64,000 bases of DNA from Nannocystis bainbridge. Its GTDB lineage: Bacteria > Myxococcota_A > Polyangia > Nannocystales > Nannocystaceae. Of this stretch, positions 20,995-31,696 are shown one piece after another. The stretch is taken from contig NZ_JAQNDL010000003.1 in assembly GCF_028368995.1 (NCBI RefSeq), positions 960,001 to 1,024,000 on the forward strand, written 5' to 3'. A program made the translations under genes and the position numbers. Positions within the stretch are counted from its first letter, which is position 1. Every line of letters begins with the position of its first letter. The notes under the pieces were generated by a model. The model was given only the letters and a program-made list of their open reading frames with translations, ran no database searches and was not told the origin of the DNA.

Positions 20995-22029
20995 TTACTC
21001 CTCGAGCTGCTCCAGCTTCTTGCGCACCCCGAACGGCACCGCCAGGCGCACGCGGAAGCCGTCGACCTGGAAGAATTGGCGGATGACCGTCTCGTTGATG
21101 GCCGCCGCGCGGTGGGCGATCGTCTGCAGATCCTTGAGCATCGGCATCACCGCCTTGCCGACGCCCTGGAACTCCTCGCTGAGCTTGCGCAGGTTCTTCA
21201 CCGCCGCGCTGCCGTCGGCCATCATCGACTCGACCTTGCTCGTATCGACCGCGTCGATGAGCTTCTCGACCTTGGCCAGCGCGCGGTCGCCGTCGACGAA
21301 CAGTTGCTTGCCCTTGGTGATCAGCCCTGGCACTTCACGCCGGAGCTCGGCGAGCACCGCGTCGCCGTTGTCGATCATGCGACCGATCTTGGGGTTCTCG
21401 AGGTGCGCCCGCGTCGCCTTGACGATCGCGCGCAGGTCCTCGCGGTTCTCGGCCAGCATCTCCTTCGTGGTGGTGAGCATCGTCTCGACGTCGCCGAGCA
21501 TGCGATCGAGGCGCTCTTTGGGCAGCCCGCCCTCGTCGAGCGCCTTTGTCAGCGCATCGAAGCGCTTGACGATGCGGACCACGGGGCCGTAGAGCGCCTC
21601 GTCGCCCTCGACCACCCCGTTCATCGCGTTGAGCGCCTCGCCGATGTCGACGCTCGGGTCGACGCAGGGGATCTCCGCCCCGGGCGGCAGCGTCGTCCCG
21701 CTGTCGGGCTGGCGCAGGTGCAAGAATTTCTCGCCGAGCAGGCCCTTCATCTGCGGCGACGCGCAAGTCTCGGCGAAGATCGGCACATCCGGGTTGATGC
21801 GCAGCTCGAGCAGCGCCTTGTTGCCGTCGATCCCGATCTTCTTGATCTGCCCGATCTGCACCCCGGCGATGCGGACCGCGTTGCCTTCGACCAGGCCGCC
21901 CGCGTCGTCGAGGTGGAGGCGGTAGTAGGTCCCCGCCTTGGGCAACGCGCCGAGCGTCCACGCCAGCCCGGCCAGCGCGGCCAGGGTCACCGTGACGAAG
22001 ATTGCGAGGGTTAGGTAGCGCGTGTTCAT
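20995..22029 (-). CDS. mlaD: MCE/MlaD-family protein
   Basis: N-terminal TM; DAGGLVEGNAVRIAGVQIGQI; GLLGEKF; helical tail. Confidence 0.85.
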   Translation of the reverse strand: MNTRYLTLAIFVTVTLAALAGLAWTLGALPKAGTYYRLHLDDAGGLVEGNAVRIAGVQIGQIKKIGIDGNKALLELRINPDVPIFAETCASPQMKGLLGEKFLHLRQPDSGTTLPPGAEIPCVDPSVDIGEALNAMNGVVEGDEALYGPVVRIVKRFDALTKALDEGGLPKERLDRMLGDVETMLTTTKEMLAENREDLRAIVKATRAHLENPKIGRMIDNGDAVLAELRREVPGLITKGKQLFVDGDRALAKVEKLIDAVDTSKVESMMADGSAAVKNLRKLSEEFQGVGKAVMPMLKDLQTIAHRAAAINETVIRQFFQVDGFRVRLAVPFGVRKKLEQLEE

Positions 22030-22037
22030 GCTTCACC

Positions 22038-22820
22038 TCACAGGACCTGGATCGGCCCCTTCGTGGATCGATCGAAAAATTGATTGATGGCCTCGCCGTT
22101 CGACCGGAGCACCTGCTCCTTGGTCCCGAACGTCTGCAGCACACCCTTGTAGAGCAGCCCGATGTGGCTGGCGATGGTGCGCGCCTCGGCGGTGTCGTGG
22201 CTGATGACCACGAACGTCATGTTGTACCGGCGGTGCAGATCGAGGATCAGGTCGTCGAGCGTCGCCGACATCACCGGGTCGAGGCCCGACGACGGCTCGT
22301 CGCACAGCACGATCCTCGGCTGCAGCGCGATCGCCCGGGCGAACGCCACCCGCTTGCGCATCCCGCCGCTCAGCTCCGCCGGCATCTTGCGCTGCACGTC
22401 CTTCAGCCCGACCGCGTCCAGGTACTCCTTGACCCGCTGCGCGATCTCCGTCTCCGACATCTTCTCGTGCTGCCGCAGCGGGAACGCCACGTTGTCGCCG
22501 ACGCACATGTCGTCGAACAGCGCCCCGTCCTGGAACAGCATCCCGAACTTGCGGCGCAGCGCGAACAGCTTGTCGCGGTCGGCCGAGCGGCGCTCGTCGA
22601 GCGCCGTGATGTCCTCGCCCTCGATGAAGATCCGGCCCGAGTCCGGCTTCATCAGCCCGACCAGGCAGCGCAGCAGCACCGACTTGCCCGTGCCCGACGG
22701 CCCGAGCATCACCAGGATCTTGCCTGCGGGCAGCACCAGCGACACCTCGTGCAGCACGCGGTTGGGCCCGAACGACTTGCAGACCCTCTCGAGCGTGATC
22801 GCTGGCGCTTGCTCGGCCAT
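22038..22820 (-). CDS. mlaF: ABC transporter ATPase (MlaF/Mkl)
   Basis: GPSGTGKS, LSGGMRKRV, DEPSSGLDP, SHD. Confidence 0.9.
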   Translation of the reverse strand: MAEQAPAITLERVCKSFGPNRVLHEVSLVLPAGKILVMLGPSGTGKSVLLRCLVGLMKPDSGRIFIEGEDITALDERRSADRDKLFALRRKFGMLFQDGALFDDMCVGDNVAFPLRQHEKMSETEIAQRVKEYLDAVGLKDVQRKMPAELSGGMRKRVAFARAIALQPRIVLCDEPSSGLDPVMSATLDDLILDLHRRYNMTFVVISHDTAEARTIASHIGLLYKGVLQTFGTKEQVLRSNGEAINQFFDRSTKGPIQVL

Positions 22821-22822
22821 CC

Positions 22823-23548
22823 TCACCTCACGTACAGCAGCGCCGAAAGGAACATGTTGAGGACGATGCACAGCACCGCCGAGTGGACGATCGCGCGATT
22901 GGTCGCGACCCCGACGCCCTCCGCTCCGTCGCGCTTGAGCGCGCGGTAGCCGTGGTAGCAGGACACGAGCGCCACCAGCCAGCCGAACACCACGCCCTTG
23001 AACACACCGGCGGCCAGATCCTCGAGGTGGACGATGTCGCGGACCTGCTCCATGAAGGTCCCGCCGTTGACCCCCATCTGATCGACCGCCGCCCAGTAGC
23101 TGGCCGCCAGGCCGACCACGTCGGCGTAGCCGCACAGCAGCGGCAGCATCAACGTCACCGCCCACAGCCGCGGCGCCACCAGGTGGCGCATCGGGTCGAC
23201 CGCCATCACCTCGAGCGCCTCGACCTGCTCGCTGATCTGCATGTTGGCCAGGCTCGCCGCCAGCGTCGCGCCGATGCGCGCCCCGCAGATCACCGCCGCC
23301 ATCACCGGGTACAGCTCGCGGATCCCTCCGACCCCGCAGAACAGCCCCAGCAGGTCCTGCCCGCCGAAGCGGACGAACGTGCCGTAGGCCTGCACCGACA
23401 GGTTCATCCCCGCGAAGATCGTCAGCAGCGTCAGCAGCGGCAGGCTGCCGACCCCGGCGTCGAGCGCGTGGCGCACGAACTCGTCGCGCGGCGGCAGCCC
23501 GCTGAACTGGGCGACGAGCGCGCGGCGGACGAAGTGCAGGAACTCCAC
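22823..23548 (-). CDS. mlaE: MlaE-family ABC permease
   Basis: RELYPVMAA, EQVEALEVMAVDP, GAEGVGVAT. Confidence 0.85.
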   Translation of the reverse strand: MEFLHFVRRALVAQFSGLPPRDEFVRHALDAGVGSLPLLTLLTIFAGMNLSVQAYGTFVRFGGQDLLGLFCGVGGIRELYPVMAAVICGARIGATLAASLANMQISEQVEALEVMAVDPMRHLVAPRLWAVTLMLPLLCGYADVVGLAASYWAAVDQMGVNGGTFMEQVRDIVHLEDLAAGVFKGVVFGWLVALVSCYHGYRALKRDGAEGVGVATNRAIVHSAVLCIVLNMFLSALLYVR

Positions 23549-23550
23549 GC

Positions 23551-24312
23551 CTACACCCCCAACCTTAGAAGCGCCATGCTGACGAAGTAGTCCGCCACGA
23601 GGATCAGCACGATCGTCATGGTCACCGTGTCGTTGGCCGCCTTGCCGACCCCGGCCGCGCCGCCCGACGTGCGCAGCCCGAGGAAGCCCGCGATCAGGCC
23701 CACGGCTGTCCCGAAGGCCATGCACTTGCCGAGCCCGACCCACAGGTCGACCAGCGACACCTGCGCATAAAGATTGGCGAGGAACGACCCGTGGTCGACC
23801 CCCATCACCGGCACCGCGAAGAACCACCCGCTCAGCAGCCCGAGCAGCGTCGTCAGCACGCTGAGCAGCGGCGTCACGATCACGCAGGCGATCAGCCCTG
23901 GCACCACCACGTAGCGGATCGGGTCGACCGACATCACCGCCAGCGCGTCGATCTGCCCGCGCACCTTCATCGTGCCGATGCGCGCCGCGATCGACGAGCC
24001 CGCCTGCGCCGCCACCATCACCGACGCCAGCGCCGGGCTGTACTCGCGGAAGATCGCCGTCGCCAGCAGCGACGACAGCAGGCTCTCGGCCCCGAACATG
24101 CGGAACAGCCCCGCGCCCTGCAGCGAGATCACGGCGCCCACCGGCGCGACCGCGAGCCCGACCGGGATCAGACAGCGCCGGATCAGCAGGTCCATCACCC
24201 GCAACGTTTCATGCAGGTAACGCGGACCCGTCAGCAGACCACGACAAACAGCACAGAGGAACTCGACGAACGCGGCGCACGCTTCAAACCAGCGCAACGA
24301 CCGGTTCAACAC
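23551..24312 (-). CDS. mlaE: MlaE-family ABC permease
   Basis: REYSPALAS, QIDALAVMSVDP, GGAAGVGKA; GGGAGG before GTG at 24312. Confidence 0.85.
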   Translation of the reverse strand: MLNRSLRWFEACAAFVEFLCAVCRGLLTGPRYLHETLRVMDLLIRRCLIPVGLAVAPVGAVISLQGAGLFRMFGAESLLSSLLATAIFREYSPALASVMVAAQAGSSIAARIGTMKVRGQIDALAVMSVDPIRYVVVPGLIACVIVTPLLSVLTTLLGLLSGWFFAVPVMGVDHGSFLANLYAQVSLVDLWVGLGKCMAFGTAVGLIAGFLGLRTSGGAAGVGKAANDTVTMTIVLILVADYFVSMALLRLGV

Positions 24313-24628
24313 GGCCGCCTCCCCGGTTTGTGAAATGTCGCCGACATGGTCCCTCGTGCCTTTTAACCGTGGACCAGGTCCGGAGCGCAACAAAATTCTC
24401 GGCTTCGCCCATCATCCCGGGACCGCTGTGCAGCCGCATGCACGACCGCTGCCAGCCGACTCGCCGGGCGGCCCTGCCTGCGGCGCGGCGTTTTCAGGAG
24501 CCTTGTTCTTTCCGCCCGGAACGCGGCTCGGCCGCCTGCTCGAATGCGCGCAGAGCCTTACCAGACGCCTCGGAACGCCGGTCCTCGGCAAATTTGACTC
24601 CCTGCGCGCGAGCGGCCAATGTTCCCGG

Positions 24629-26377
24629 GTGAAGCCGGTGAACATACGGCTCGTAACGGCGGCGGTCGGGGCCTCTTTTGGCCTCGCGTGCGGCCCCGGA
24701 TGCGTCACGCCCGGGCCTGCGCAACAAGCACAAGCTGTCGCCCCTCCCGATCCCGCGCCTGGTTCCGGCGGCGCGCCCGAGCCGGTGCAGGTGCACGTAC
24801 CGCCGCCGCCAGGGCCCACCCCCGCGCTCACCGACGCCGCGCGAGACGCCCGACTGTGGGCTCAGCGGGCGATCCTCGGCGAGCGGGCGGCCTTGCTGGA
24901 AGACAGCGCCGGCCAGCCGTTCCCCGTGATCCCCGTCGCAGCCGGGACCGAGCTGCAGGCCGCGATCATGCCCGGCGCCGGCGCCGGCAACCTCGACGCC
25001 TTGCCCGGCAGCGAGGGCACCGGAGCGGGCGGCATCGGCCTCGCGCCGGCGATCAACGGCAACGCCCTCGGCCAGTTCATCCTGCTCCAGCGCGGCGCCG
25101 ACGACCCGCTGCGGCACTTCCACGAGGCCCTGCGGCGCCTCGAGCAGGGCCTCGACGAGGACGGCAAGGTCCGCGTGCTCCTCTACGGCGCCTCGCACAC
25201 CGCCGCCGACATCTACCCGACCTACCTGCGCGCCTACTTGCAAAAGCGCTTCGGCGACGGCGGCCTCGGCTTCTATCCGCTCGCCAAGCCGAGCAAATAC
25301 TCGCGGCCCTACGGCTGCACGATCGACAGCTCGCGCGGCTGGAAGGTCGAGCACGCCCAGCGCTCGGAGGCGCGTGACGACGGCTACTTCGGCCTCCTGG
25401 GCGCCAGCGCCTCGGCCAGCAAGAAGCGCGACACGACCCGCGTCACCTTTAACCCGCCGATCGATCGCAAGGCCGAGCCGCCCGCGGTCAGCCGCTACGA
25501 CCTCTTCTTCCTGCGCCAGCCTGGCGGCGGCAAGTTCCAGGTGCTGTTCGCCGGCAAAAAGGCCTTCATCGTCGACACCAAGGCCAAGCAGGCCGGCCCC
25601 GGCTACCACAGCTTCGAGCGCCCCGGTCCGCCCGAGGCCATCGAGGTCCGGCCCATGGGCGACGGCGAGGTGCGCCTGTTCGGCGTCACCGTCGAGAACG
25701 AGGCCAAGGGCGTCGTCGTCGACACGCTCGGCATCGGCGGCACGCGGGCCTCGAACCACCTCAAGTGGGACGAGTTCGTTTGGGCCGACAACTACAAGCG
25801 CCGCGACCCTGACCTCGTCATCCTCGCCTACGGCAGCAACGAGTCGGTCGACGACGACCAGCCGATCGGCGTCTACAAGAACAACCTGCGCGAGGTCCTG
25901 GCTCGCCTGCGCCGCGCCTCGCCCGACACCAGCTGCGTGCTCGTCGGCCCCGGCGACTTCCCGCTCAAGCGCCCCGACAACTCGCTCGGCCCGCGCCCGC
26001 GCGTCGCCGACATCGTCGCCGCCCAGCGCGAGCTCGCCAGCGAGGCCGGCTGCGCCTTCTGGGACACCGTCCAGTTCATGGGCGGCGAGGGCTCGATGGC
26101 CTACTGGGCCTCGGCCCAGCCGGCCATGGCGATGTCCGACCACCTCCACCTCAACCGCCGCGGCTACACCCGCATGGGCATGGCCCTCGCCGACGCCCTG
26201 ATGTTCGACTTCGACGGCGGGCCCACGCTCGACCCCGGCGGCGACCCCTTGCTCGCCCGCGAGGCCCCGCAGCCCGACCCCACCGTGCCCCCCGGCGCCG
26301 TCCCGGCCGAGCCCGCCAAGCCCGCGCCCGACCCCGAGGCCCCGCCGCTCGCGGTCGTCCCCGCCTCCGCGCCCTGA
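24629..26377 (+). CDS. SGNH/GDSL hydrolase lipoprotein (possible O-acetyltransferase/esterase)
   Basis: YGASHT, AYGSNES, DHLH blocks; lipobox GLAC. Confidence 0.8.
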   Translation: MKPVNIRLVTAAVGASFGLACGPGCVTPGPAQQAQAVAPPDPAPGSGGAPEPVQVHVPPPPGPTPALTDAARDARLWAQRAILGERAALLEDSAGQPFPVIPVAAGTELQAAIMPGAGAGNLDALPGSEGTGAGGIGLAPAINGNALGQFILLQRGADDPLRHFHEALRRLEQGLDEDGKVRVLLYGASHTAADIYPTYLRAYLQKRFGDGGLGFYPLAKPSKYSRPYGCTIDSSRGWKVEHAQRSEARDDGYFGLLGASASASKKRDTTRVTFNPPIDRKAEPPAVSRYDLFFLRQPGGGKFQVLFAGKKAFIVDTKAKQAGPGYHSFERPGPPEAIEVRPMGDGEVRLFGVTVENEAKGVVVDTLGIGGTRASNHLKWDEFVWADNYKRRDPDLVILAYGSNESVDDDQPIGVYKNNLREVLARLRRASPDTSCVLVGPGDFPLKRPDNSLGPRPRVADIVAAQRELASEAGCAFWDTVQFMGGEGSMAYWASAQPAMAMSDHLHLNRRGYTRMGMALADALMFDFDGGPTLDPGGDPLLAREAPQPDPTVPPGAVPAEPAKPAPDPEAPPLAVVPASAP

Positions 26378-26461
26378 CTTCCTCACGCGGGCCGCGGCCC
26401 GTGCGAGCGCCTGTCCCTTCGACCAGGTCGAGCCGCGCGCGAGCCTCGACTTCGTCCTCTT

Positions 26462-26950
26462 TTAAAATCTCAGACCGAACGTCAGCCCGACGTGCGTCTG
26501 TCCGTTCGACCATGGCCGAAGAGACATCTTGTTCCCCGGCTGCCCGGACTTCCACGCCTTGCGCGCGACGATCCCGCGGCGCAGCAGGAAGCCGCCGCCG
26601 ACCGCGATCGGCACCGCGAACGCGAACGACAGCGAGCTCGACACCACCGCCGCGACGAACGGGTCGCCGCCGAGCGGACCGGAGCAGACCACAGTCTCGT
26701 CGATCTCCGACATCGCCCCCGACCTGCACGCCTCGCGCACCCGCGCCGCCCGCACCGCCTCGAACGTGCCGACCCCGACCAGCGCCGCCGCCACCGCGGT
26801 CGTCACCGCGCCGAGCCCGATCTCGACATCGCCGCGCTCGCTGAGCGGCGCGCGCGAGGGTGGGGGCTGACGCGGAGGTACGACGACCGCAGCCCCCGAT
26901 CCGCGGGCGCACCCGCACAGCATCGCCACGATCGTCGCCAGCGCTCGCAT
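26462..26950 (-). CDS. Hypothetical lipoprotein/membrane protein
   Basis: LCGC lipobox-like; two hydrophobic segments. Confidence 0.55.
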   Translation of the reverse strand: MRALATIVAMLCGCARGSGAAVVVPPRQPPPSRAPLSERGDVEIGLGAVTTAVAAALVGVGTFEAVRAARVREACRSGAMSEIDETVVCSGPLGGDPFVAAVVSSSLSFAFAVPIAVGGGFLLRRGIVARKAWKSGQPGNKMSLRPWSNGQTHVGLTFGLRF

Positions 26951-27030
26951 CCTTCGCCTCCCGTTCTACCCGAAAGCCCGAGCCCCAGGCCACCGCCGAT
27001 CGCGTAGGCTCGCCGGCATAGGAGAGTTCC

Positions 27031-28548
27031 ATGGCAAAACGCGCCGAGCGCATCGCCTCCGCCTGCATCGCTTCCACCTTGCTGGCCGTCGCCTGCGGCG
27101 ACTCGTCCCAGGTCAGCGGCACTGACACTGCCCCGACCTCGACCGCCCCGACCGGCCTCACCCTCGACCCGACCGCCGGCACCACCGCGACCGCCACCAC
27201 CGACCCCGGCACCACCGGCGATCCCACCGACACCACCACCACGTCGAGCACCACCGTCACCCCGCCGACCTCGACGACCAGCATCACCGACCCGACGGCC
27301 ACCGATCCGAGCACGTCGACCACCGAGCCGTGCATCGGCCTCGAGTGCCAGATCGATCCGTGCGGCGGTGACCCGAACAAGACCACCGTCTCGGGCATCG
27401 TGTTCGCGCCCGAGGGCACCCTCCCGCTCTACAACATCACCGTCTACGTCCCCGCCGCCCCGCTCGATCCGGTCGTCGAGGGCGTCACCTGTGACACCTG
27501 CGGCGACGGCCTGCCCGGCGACCCGATCGTCGCCACCCTCACCAACACCAGGGGCGAGTTCACCCTCGCCGGCGTGCCCGCCGGGCAGAACATCCCGCTC
27601 GTCGTCAGCGTGGGCAAGTGGCGCCGCGAGGTCGTCCTGCCCGAGGTCGTCGCCTGCAGCGACAACCTCGCCCCTTACGACCTCACGCGCCTGCCCAAAA
27701 ACCAGAGCGAGGGCCACATCCCCAAGATCGCCATGGTCACTGGCGGCGCCGACCCGCTCGAGTGTCTGCTGCGCAAGATCGGCATCGAGGACGGCGAGTT
27801 CACCCCCGAAGCCGGCAGCGGCCGCGTCAACCTGTTCGAGGGCCAGGGCGGCGCCGACCGCTTCAGCGACGACCTCAACCGCGGCGCCGACTTCTCCGGC
27901 GCCAGCACCCTGTGGGGCAGCCTCGACACCTACAAGCAGTACGACATGGTCCTGATGGCCTGCGAGGGCGGGCAGAACGGCGGCGCCAAGTCGAACGCGA
28001 TGCGCCAGAACCTGGTCGACTACGCCGGCCTCGGCGGGCGGATCTTCCTGTCCCACTGGCACAACATCTGGATCGAGGACGGCCCCGACCCGTGGCCGAG
28101 CACCGCCGATTTCGTCAGCGAGCCCGACCTGCCGAACCCCGTCACCGGCAAGATCGACACCACCTTCCCCAAGGGCCTGGCGCTGGCCGATTGGATGCTG
28201 CACGTCGGCGGCTCCGACGTCCACGGCGAGATGCAGATCAAGGAGGCGCAGTACACCGTCGACTCGGTCAACGCCATGACCTCGACGCGGTGGGTCTACA
28301 CCGACTCGCCCGAGAACACGGTCCAGTACTTCACCTTCAACGCCCCCGTCGGCGTGCCCTCCGAGCAGCAGTGCGGCCGCGTGGTCGACAGCGACATCCA
28401 CGTCTCCTCCGGCGACCAGATCGGCGAGCCGTTCCCCTCCGGCTGCGAGACCCAGGGCCTGACACCGCAGGAGAAGGCCCTCGTGTTCATGTTCTTCGAG
28501 CTCTCGGCCTGCCTGATCCCCGACGACGAGGATCCCATCCCCGGATGA
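27031..28548 (+). CDS. Myxobacterial lipoprotein with Thr-rich linker and carboxypeptidase-regulatory-like domain
   Basis: AGGAGAG upstream; AVAC lipobox; TTVSGIVFAPEGTLPLYN..GKWRR; strong codon bias. Confidence 0.75.
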   Translation: MAKRAERIASACIASTLLAVACGDSSQVSGTDTAPTSTAPTGLTLDPTAGTTATATTDPGTTGDPTDTTTTSSTTVTPPTSTTSITDPTATDPSTSTTEPCIGLECQIDPCGGDPNKTTVSGIVFAPEGTLPLYNITVYVPAAPLDPVVEGVTCDTCGDGLPGDPIVATLTNTRGEFTLAGVPAGQNIPLVVSVGKWRREVVLPEVVACSDNLAPYDLTRLPKNQSEGHIPKIAMVTGGADPLECLLRKIGIEDGEFTPEAGSGRVNLFEGQGGADRFSDDLNRGADFSGASTLWGSLDTYKQYDMVLMACEGGQNGGAKSNAMRQNLVDYAGLGGRIFLSHWHNIWIEDGPDPWPSTADFVSEPDLPNPVTGKIDTTFPKGLALADWMLHVGGSDVHGEMQIKEAQYTVDSVNAMTSTRWVYTDSPENTVQYFTFNAPVGVPSEQQCGRVVDSDIHVSSGDQIGEPFPSGCETQGLTPQEKALVFMFFELSACLIPDDEDPIPG

Positions 28549-29439
28549 ACCTTCGGGCATGTCCATGAGGACATGTCCCAAAGGCCCGCCACGGCCGCCC
28601 CGCGGGTGACGACGCACCTCCGTCGCCGTCACGCGCGATGCACGGCCCCCGCGAGCAGGTCGCTCCCCGTCGCCGCTCGCGGCGCCGGCCGGGCCGATCT
28701 CCTCGTGGCCGTCTGCGCGCGCACCCCGGCAAGCAGATCCGCGATGTCGCGTTCCGAGGTCGCCGCCCGCCTCGCGGCGGAGGCCCGCGCTCGCCGAAGT
28801 ACGCCGCGCCCCTGCCCCTGAACGCGGACCTCGGTCCTGCGCTCGCCAGTCGCACGCGTCGCGCCCCGCCGCGTGACCCTCTCATCGGCCTCGCATCGAG
28901 CGCCGCGCGAGCGCGGCGCACGGCTTTCATCCGCGTCACTGAACCGCGTGCGACGCTCGCCACCATCGAAGCGCGAGCGCTCCACGAAGCGCGCGGCGCC
29001 TGTCCTCTGCCAGCGCTCGACCCCTCGCGACTCATCGCCGCGAGCGTCTGCGCCTGCTCTCCGGGACATCCACCAGACGCCGGCTGCGCACCCGTGATGA
29101 CGCGAGGACGCGGCGACGCCGGGATCTCGCCGCAAACGGTTCGCGGCGCGCGGGTCCGCGGGCGCGCACCTCCACGCGCGGGCGGACCGGCCCTCGGGCC
29201 GGCCCCCACCAGTTCCCGCGCGTCCCCGTCCGTGGTGCGGCAGATCGCCGGGACCGGCGTTGACATGTCCCGAGAGACATGTCGTCTCGCGCGATCGCGC
29301 CCGCCCCTGCGACGCGGCACGCGGGCGTGTTCGCGCCGCGCGGCATGGCCCTTCGGACATCTTGCCGGCGCGGCGCACACAACTCTTCGTCGCGTTGTCG
29401 CCGTCGCGCCTCAGTGTCCTGTAAGATGAGACCCCTGAT

Positions 29440-31683
29440 ATGCCGCCCAACGATCCCAGGCCGCCTGCGAAACCGGTGCCGCGGCCCCGTCCCGCCGCCC
29501 CTGCCAGCGCTGGCGAGATGAGGGCGCCCGGCAAGCCGCCCGCCTCGCAGGCCGGCAACGCCGCGGCCCCGGGCAAGCCGCCCGCCGCCCGCACGCCCAC
29601 GCGGCCTGGCACCGGGTCGCTGCCTGGCGTCACGCCCACGCGGCCCGGCACCGCCGCGCCGGCCGGCGGCACGCCCACGCGGCCCGGCGTCGCCTCGACT
29701 CCCACGCGGCCCGGCACCGCCTCGCCGACCGGCGCCGCGACCTCGCGGCCCTCCACGCCCACGCGGCCCGGCACCGCCGCGGCTGGCGCGGCTCCTGCCC
29801 GCCCTGCCCCGGCCAAGCCGCCCGCGCCGATCGGCCCCGGCTCGGTGCTCGACGGTCGCTACAAGCTCGAGCAGCCGCTCGGCTCCGGCGGCATGTCGAC
29901 GGTCTATCGCGGCACCCACACCCGCACCGGCGGCAAGCTGGCGATCAAGCTGCTCGACCCGCGGCTGTCGGGCAAGGCCGACATGCAGCAGCGCTGCCTC
30001 GCCGAGGCGCGGGCCATGATGGACATTACGAGCAACCACGTCGTGCGCGCCTACGACGTCGGCCAGACCCCCTCGGGGCAGGTGTACATCGTCATGGAGT
30101 ACCTCGAGGGCGAGGACCTCGATCACATGCTCCAGCGCGAGGGCCCGCTGCCGTGGCACCGCCTGGCGAGCATGGCCATGCAGATCTGCAGCGGCCTCAG
30201 CTCGGCCCACGCCAAGGGCACCTACCACCGCGACATCAAGCCGCAGAACTGCTTCCGCGTCACCCTCGATCGCAACCCCGATCACGTCAAGCTCATCGAC
30301 TTCGGCATCGCCAAGGACACCAACAGCGGCCAGGAGCTGACGCAAGACGGCGTCCTGCTCGGCACGCCGGAGTACATGGCGCCGGAGCTGATCGCCACCA
30401 ACGCGACCCCCGACGCCCGCTCCGACATCTACGCCGTCGGCGCGACGCTCTACAAGCTCATCACCGGCACCCCGCCGTTCTCGAGCAAGAACGTCCTCGA
30501 CCTCCTCTACCACCAGAAGCACACCGCGCCCGAGCTGCCGAGCCAGCGCGCGCCCGACCGCAACATCCCCAAGATCGCCGATCAGATCCTGCTCAAGACG
30601 CTGGAGAAGGACCCGGCCAAGCGCTACCAGAGCGCCGACGAGTTCGGCCAGGCGCTGCTCGAGTCGTTCGAGGCCGTGGTCGGCGCGCCGATGGTGCGGC
30701 ACATGAGCCAGCCGTTCTTGATGGCGATCCCCGAGCGCTCGCGGCCCGGGACCACGCCGATCGGCACCGTCGCGCCGGCGAACTCCACGCCGCAGGGCAC
30801 CCCGCGGCCGGGCGCCACCCCGCTCGGCACGCCGACCCTCGACGACGCCGAGTCGGCCACCCACTCGAGCGACCCCGTCGTGCGCGACGAGCTGTCGCGC
30901 TCGCACCAATACGACACCGACGCCCCGCGCCCGGTCACCGGCAAGGACCTCGTGTCTCGCGGCGGCACCCTGCTGTCGCTCGCGCTGGCGTTCGGCCTCG
31001 CCTCCTGGCTGGCCGCGCCGACGCCGGGACCGGGCGACGCCGTCGCCGCCGCCGCGGCCGCCGACCTGCCCGAGCCCGAGCCCGCCAAGGTCGAGGAGCC
31101 GCCGGTCGTCAACCCGCCGCCGAACGACCCGCCGCCTGTCCTCGAGGACACAAAGCCGCCCGAGCCGATCAACGTCCCGCCTGTCCCCGAGGACACCAAG
31201 GTCGAGACCCCGACGGTCCCCGACACCAAGGTCGAAGTCGCCCCGCTGATCGCCGACACCAAGATCGAGGCCCCGCCGCCGGAACCGACCAAGGTCGAGC
31301 CGACGCCTGTCCCCGAGGACACAAAGCCGCCCGAGCTGGCCAAGACCGCCGAGCCCGCCGCGGCCGGCGTGCCCGACCCCGACTTCGGCTACCGCAGCGC
31401 CGAGAAGGAGCTGCGCGACCAGCACAAGTTCCTCCAGAACTGCCTCGACGGCGCCGGCCAGAGCACCGGCAAGCTCAAGTTCACCATCGAGGTCCGCAAG
31501 TCGGGCATGCCGCCGCACAAGATCAAGGTCATCTCGAGCAACGCCGCGGTGCGGACCTGCGTGCGCGGCCTGTTCGAGCAGTTCCCGTTCGACTCCAGCC
31601 CGCGCGGCGGCGCCTTCTCGTACTCCTACAACAACGGCAAGACCTCCTTCGAGAAGCTGCCGCTGTCGACCCCCACTCCCTAG
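29440..31683 (+). CDS. Membrane Ser/Thr protein kinase with Pro-rich repeats
   Basis: LGSGGMSTVY, AIK, HRDIKPQN, DFG, GTPEYMAPE; TPTRPG repeats; TM; PVPEDTK repeats. Confidence 0.93.
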   Translation: MPPNDPRPPAKPVPRPRPAAPASAGEMRAPGKPPASQAGNAAAPGKPPAARTPTRPGTGSLPGVTPTRPGTAAPAGGTPTRPGVASTPTRPGTASPTGAATSRPSTPTRPGTAAAGAAPARPAPAKPPAPIGPGSVLDGRYKLEQPLGSGGMSTVYRGTHTRTGGKLAIKLLDPRLSGKADMQQRCLAEARAMMDITSNHVVRAYDVGQTPSGQVYIVMEYLEGEDLDHMLQREGPLPWHRLASMAMQICSGLSSAHAKGTYHRDIKPQNCFRVTLDRNPDHVKLIDFGIAKDTNSGQELTQDGVLLGTPEYMAPELIATNATPDARSDIYAVGATLYKLITGTPPFSSKNVLDLLYHQKHTAPELPSQRAPDRNIPKIADQILLKTLEKDPAKRYQSADEFGQALLESFEAVVGAPMVRHMSQPFLMAIPERSRPGTTPIGTVAPANSTPQGTPRPGATPLGTPTLDDAESATHSSDPVVRDELSRSHQYDTDAPRPVTGKDLVSRGGTLLSLALAFGLASWLAAPTPGPGDAVAAAAAADLPEPEPAKVEEPPVVNPPPNDPPPVLEDTKPPEPINVPPVPEDTKVETPTVPDTKVEVAPLIADTKIEAPPPEPTKVEPTPVPEDTKPPELAKTAEPAAAGVPDPDFGYRSAEKELRDQHKFLQNCLDGAGQSTGKLKFTIEVRKSGMPPHKIKVISSNAAVRTCVRGLFEQFPFDSSPRGGAFSYSYNNGKTSFEKLPLSTPTP

Positions 31684-31696
31684 AGGTCTTCGGGAC

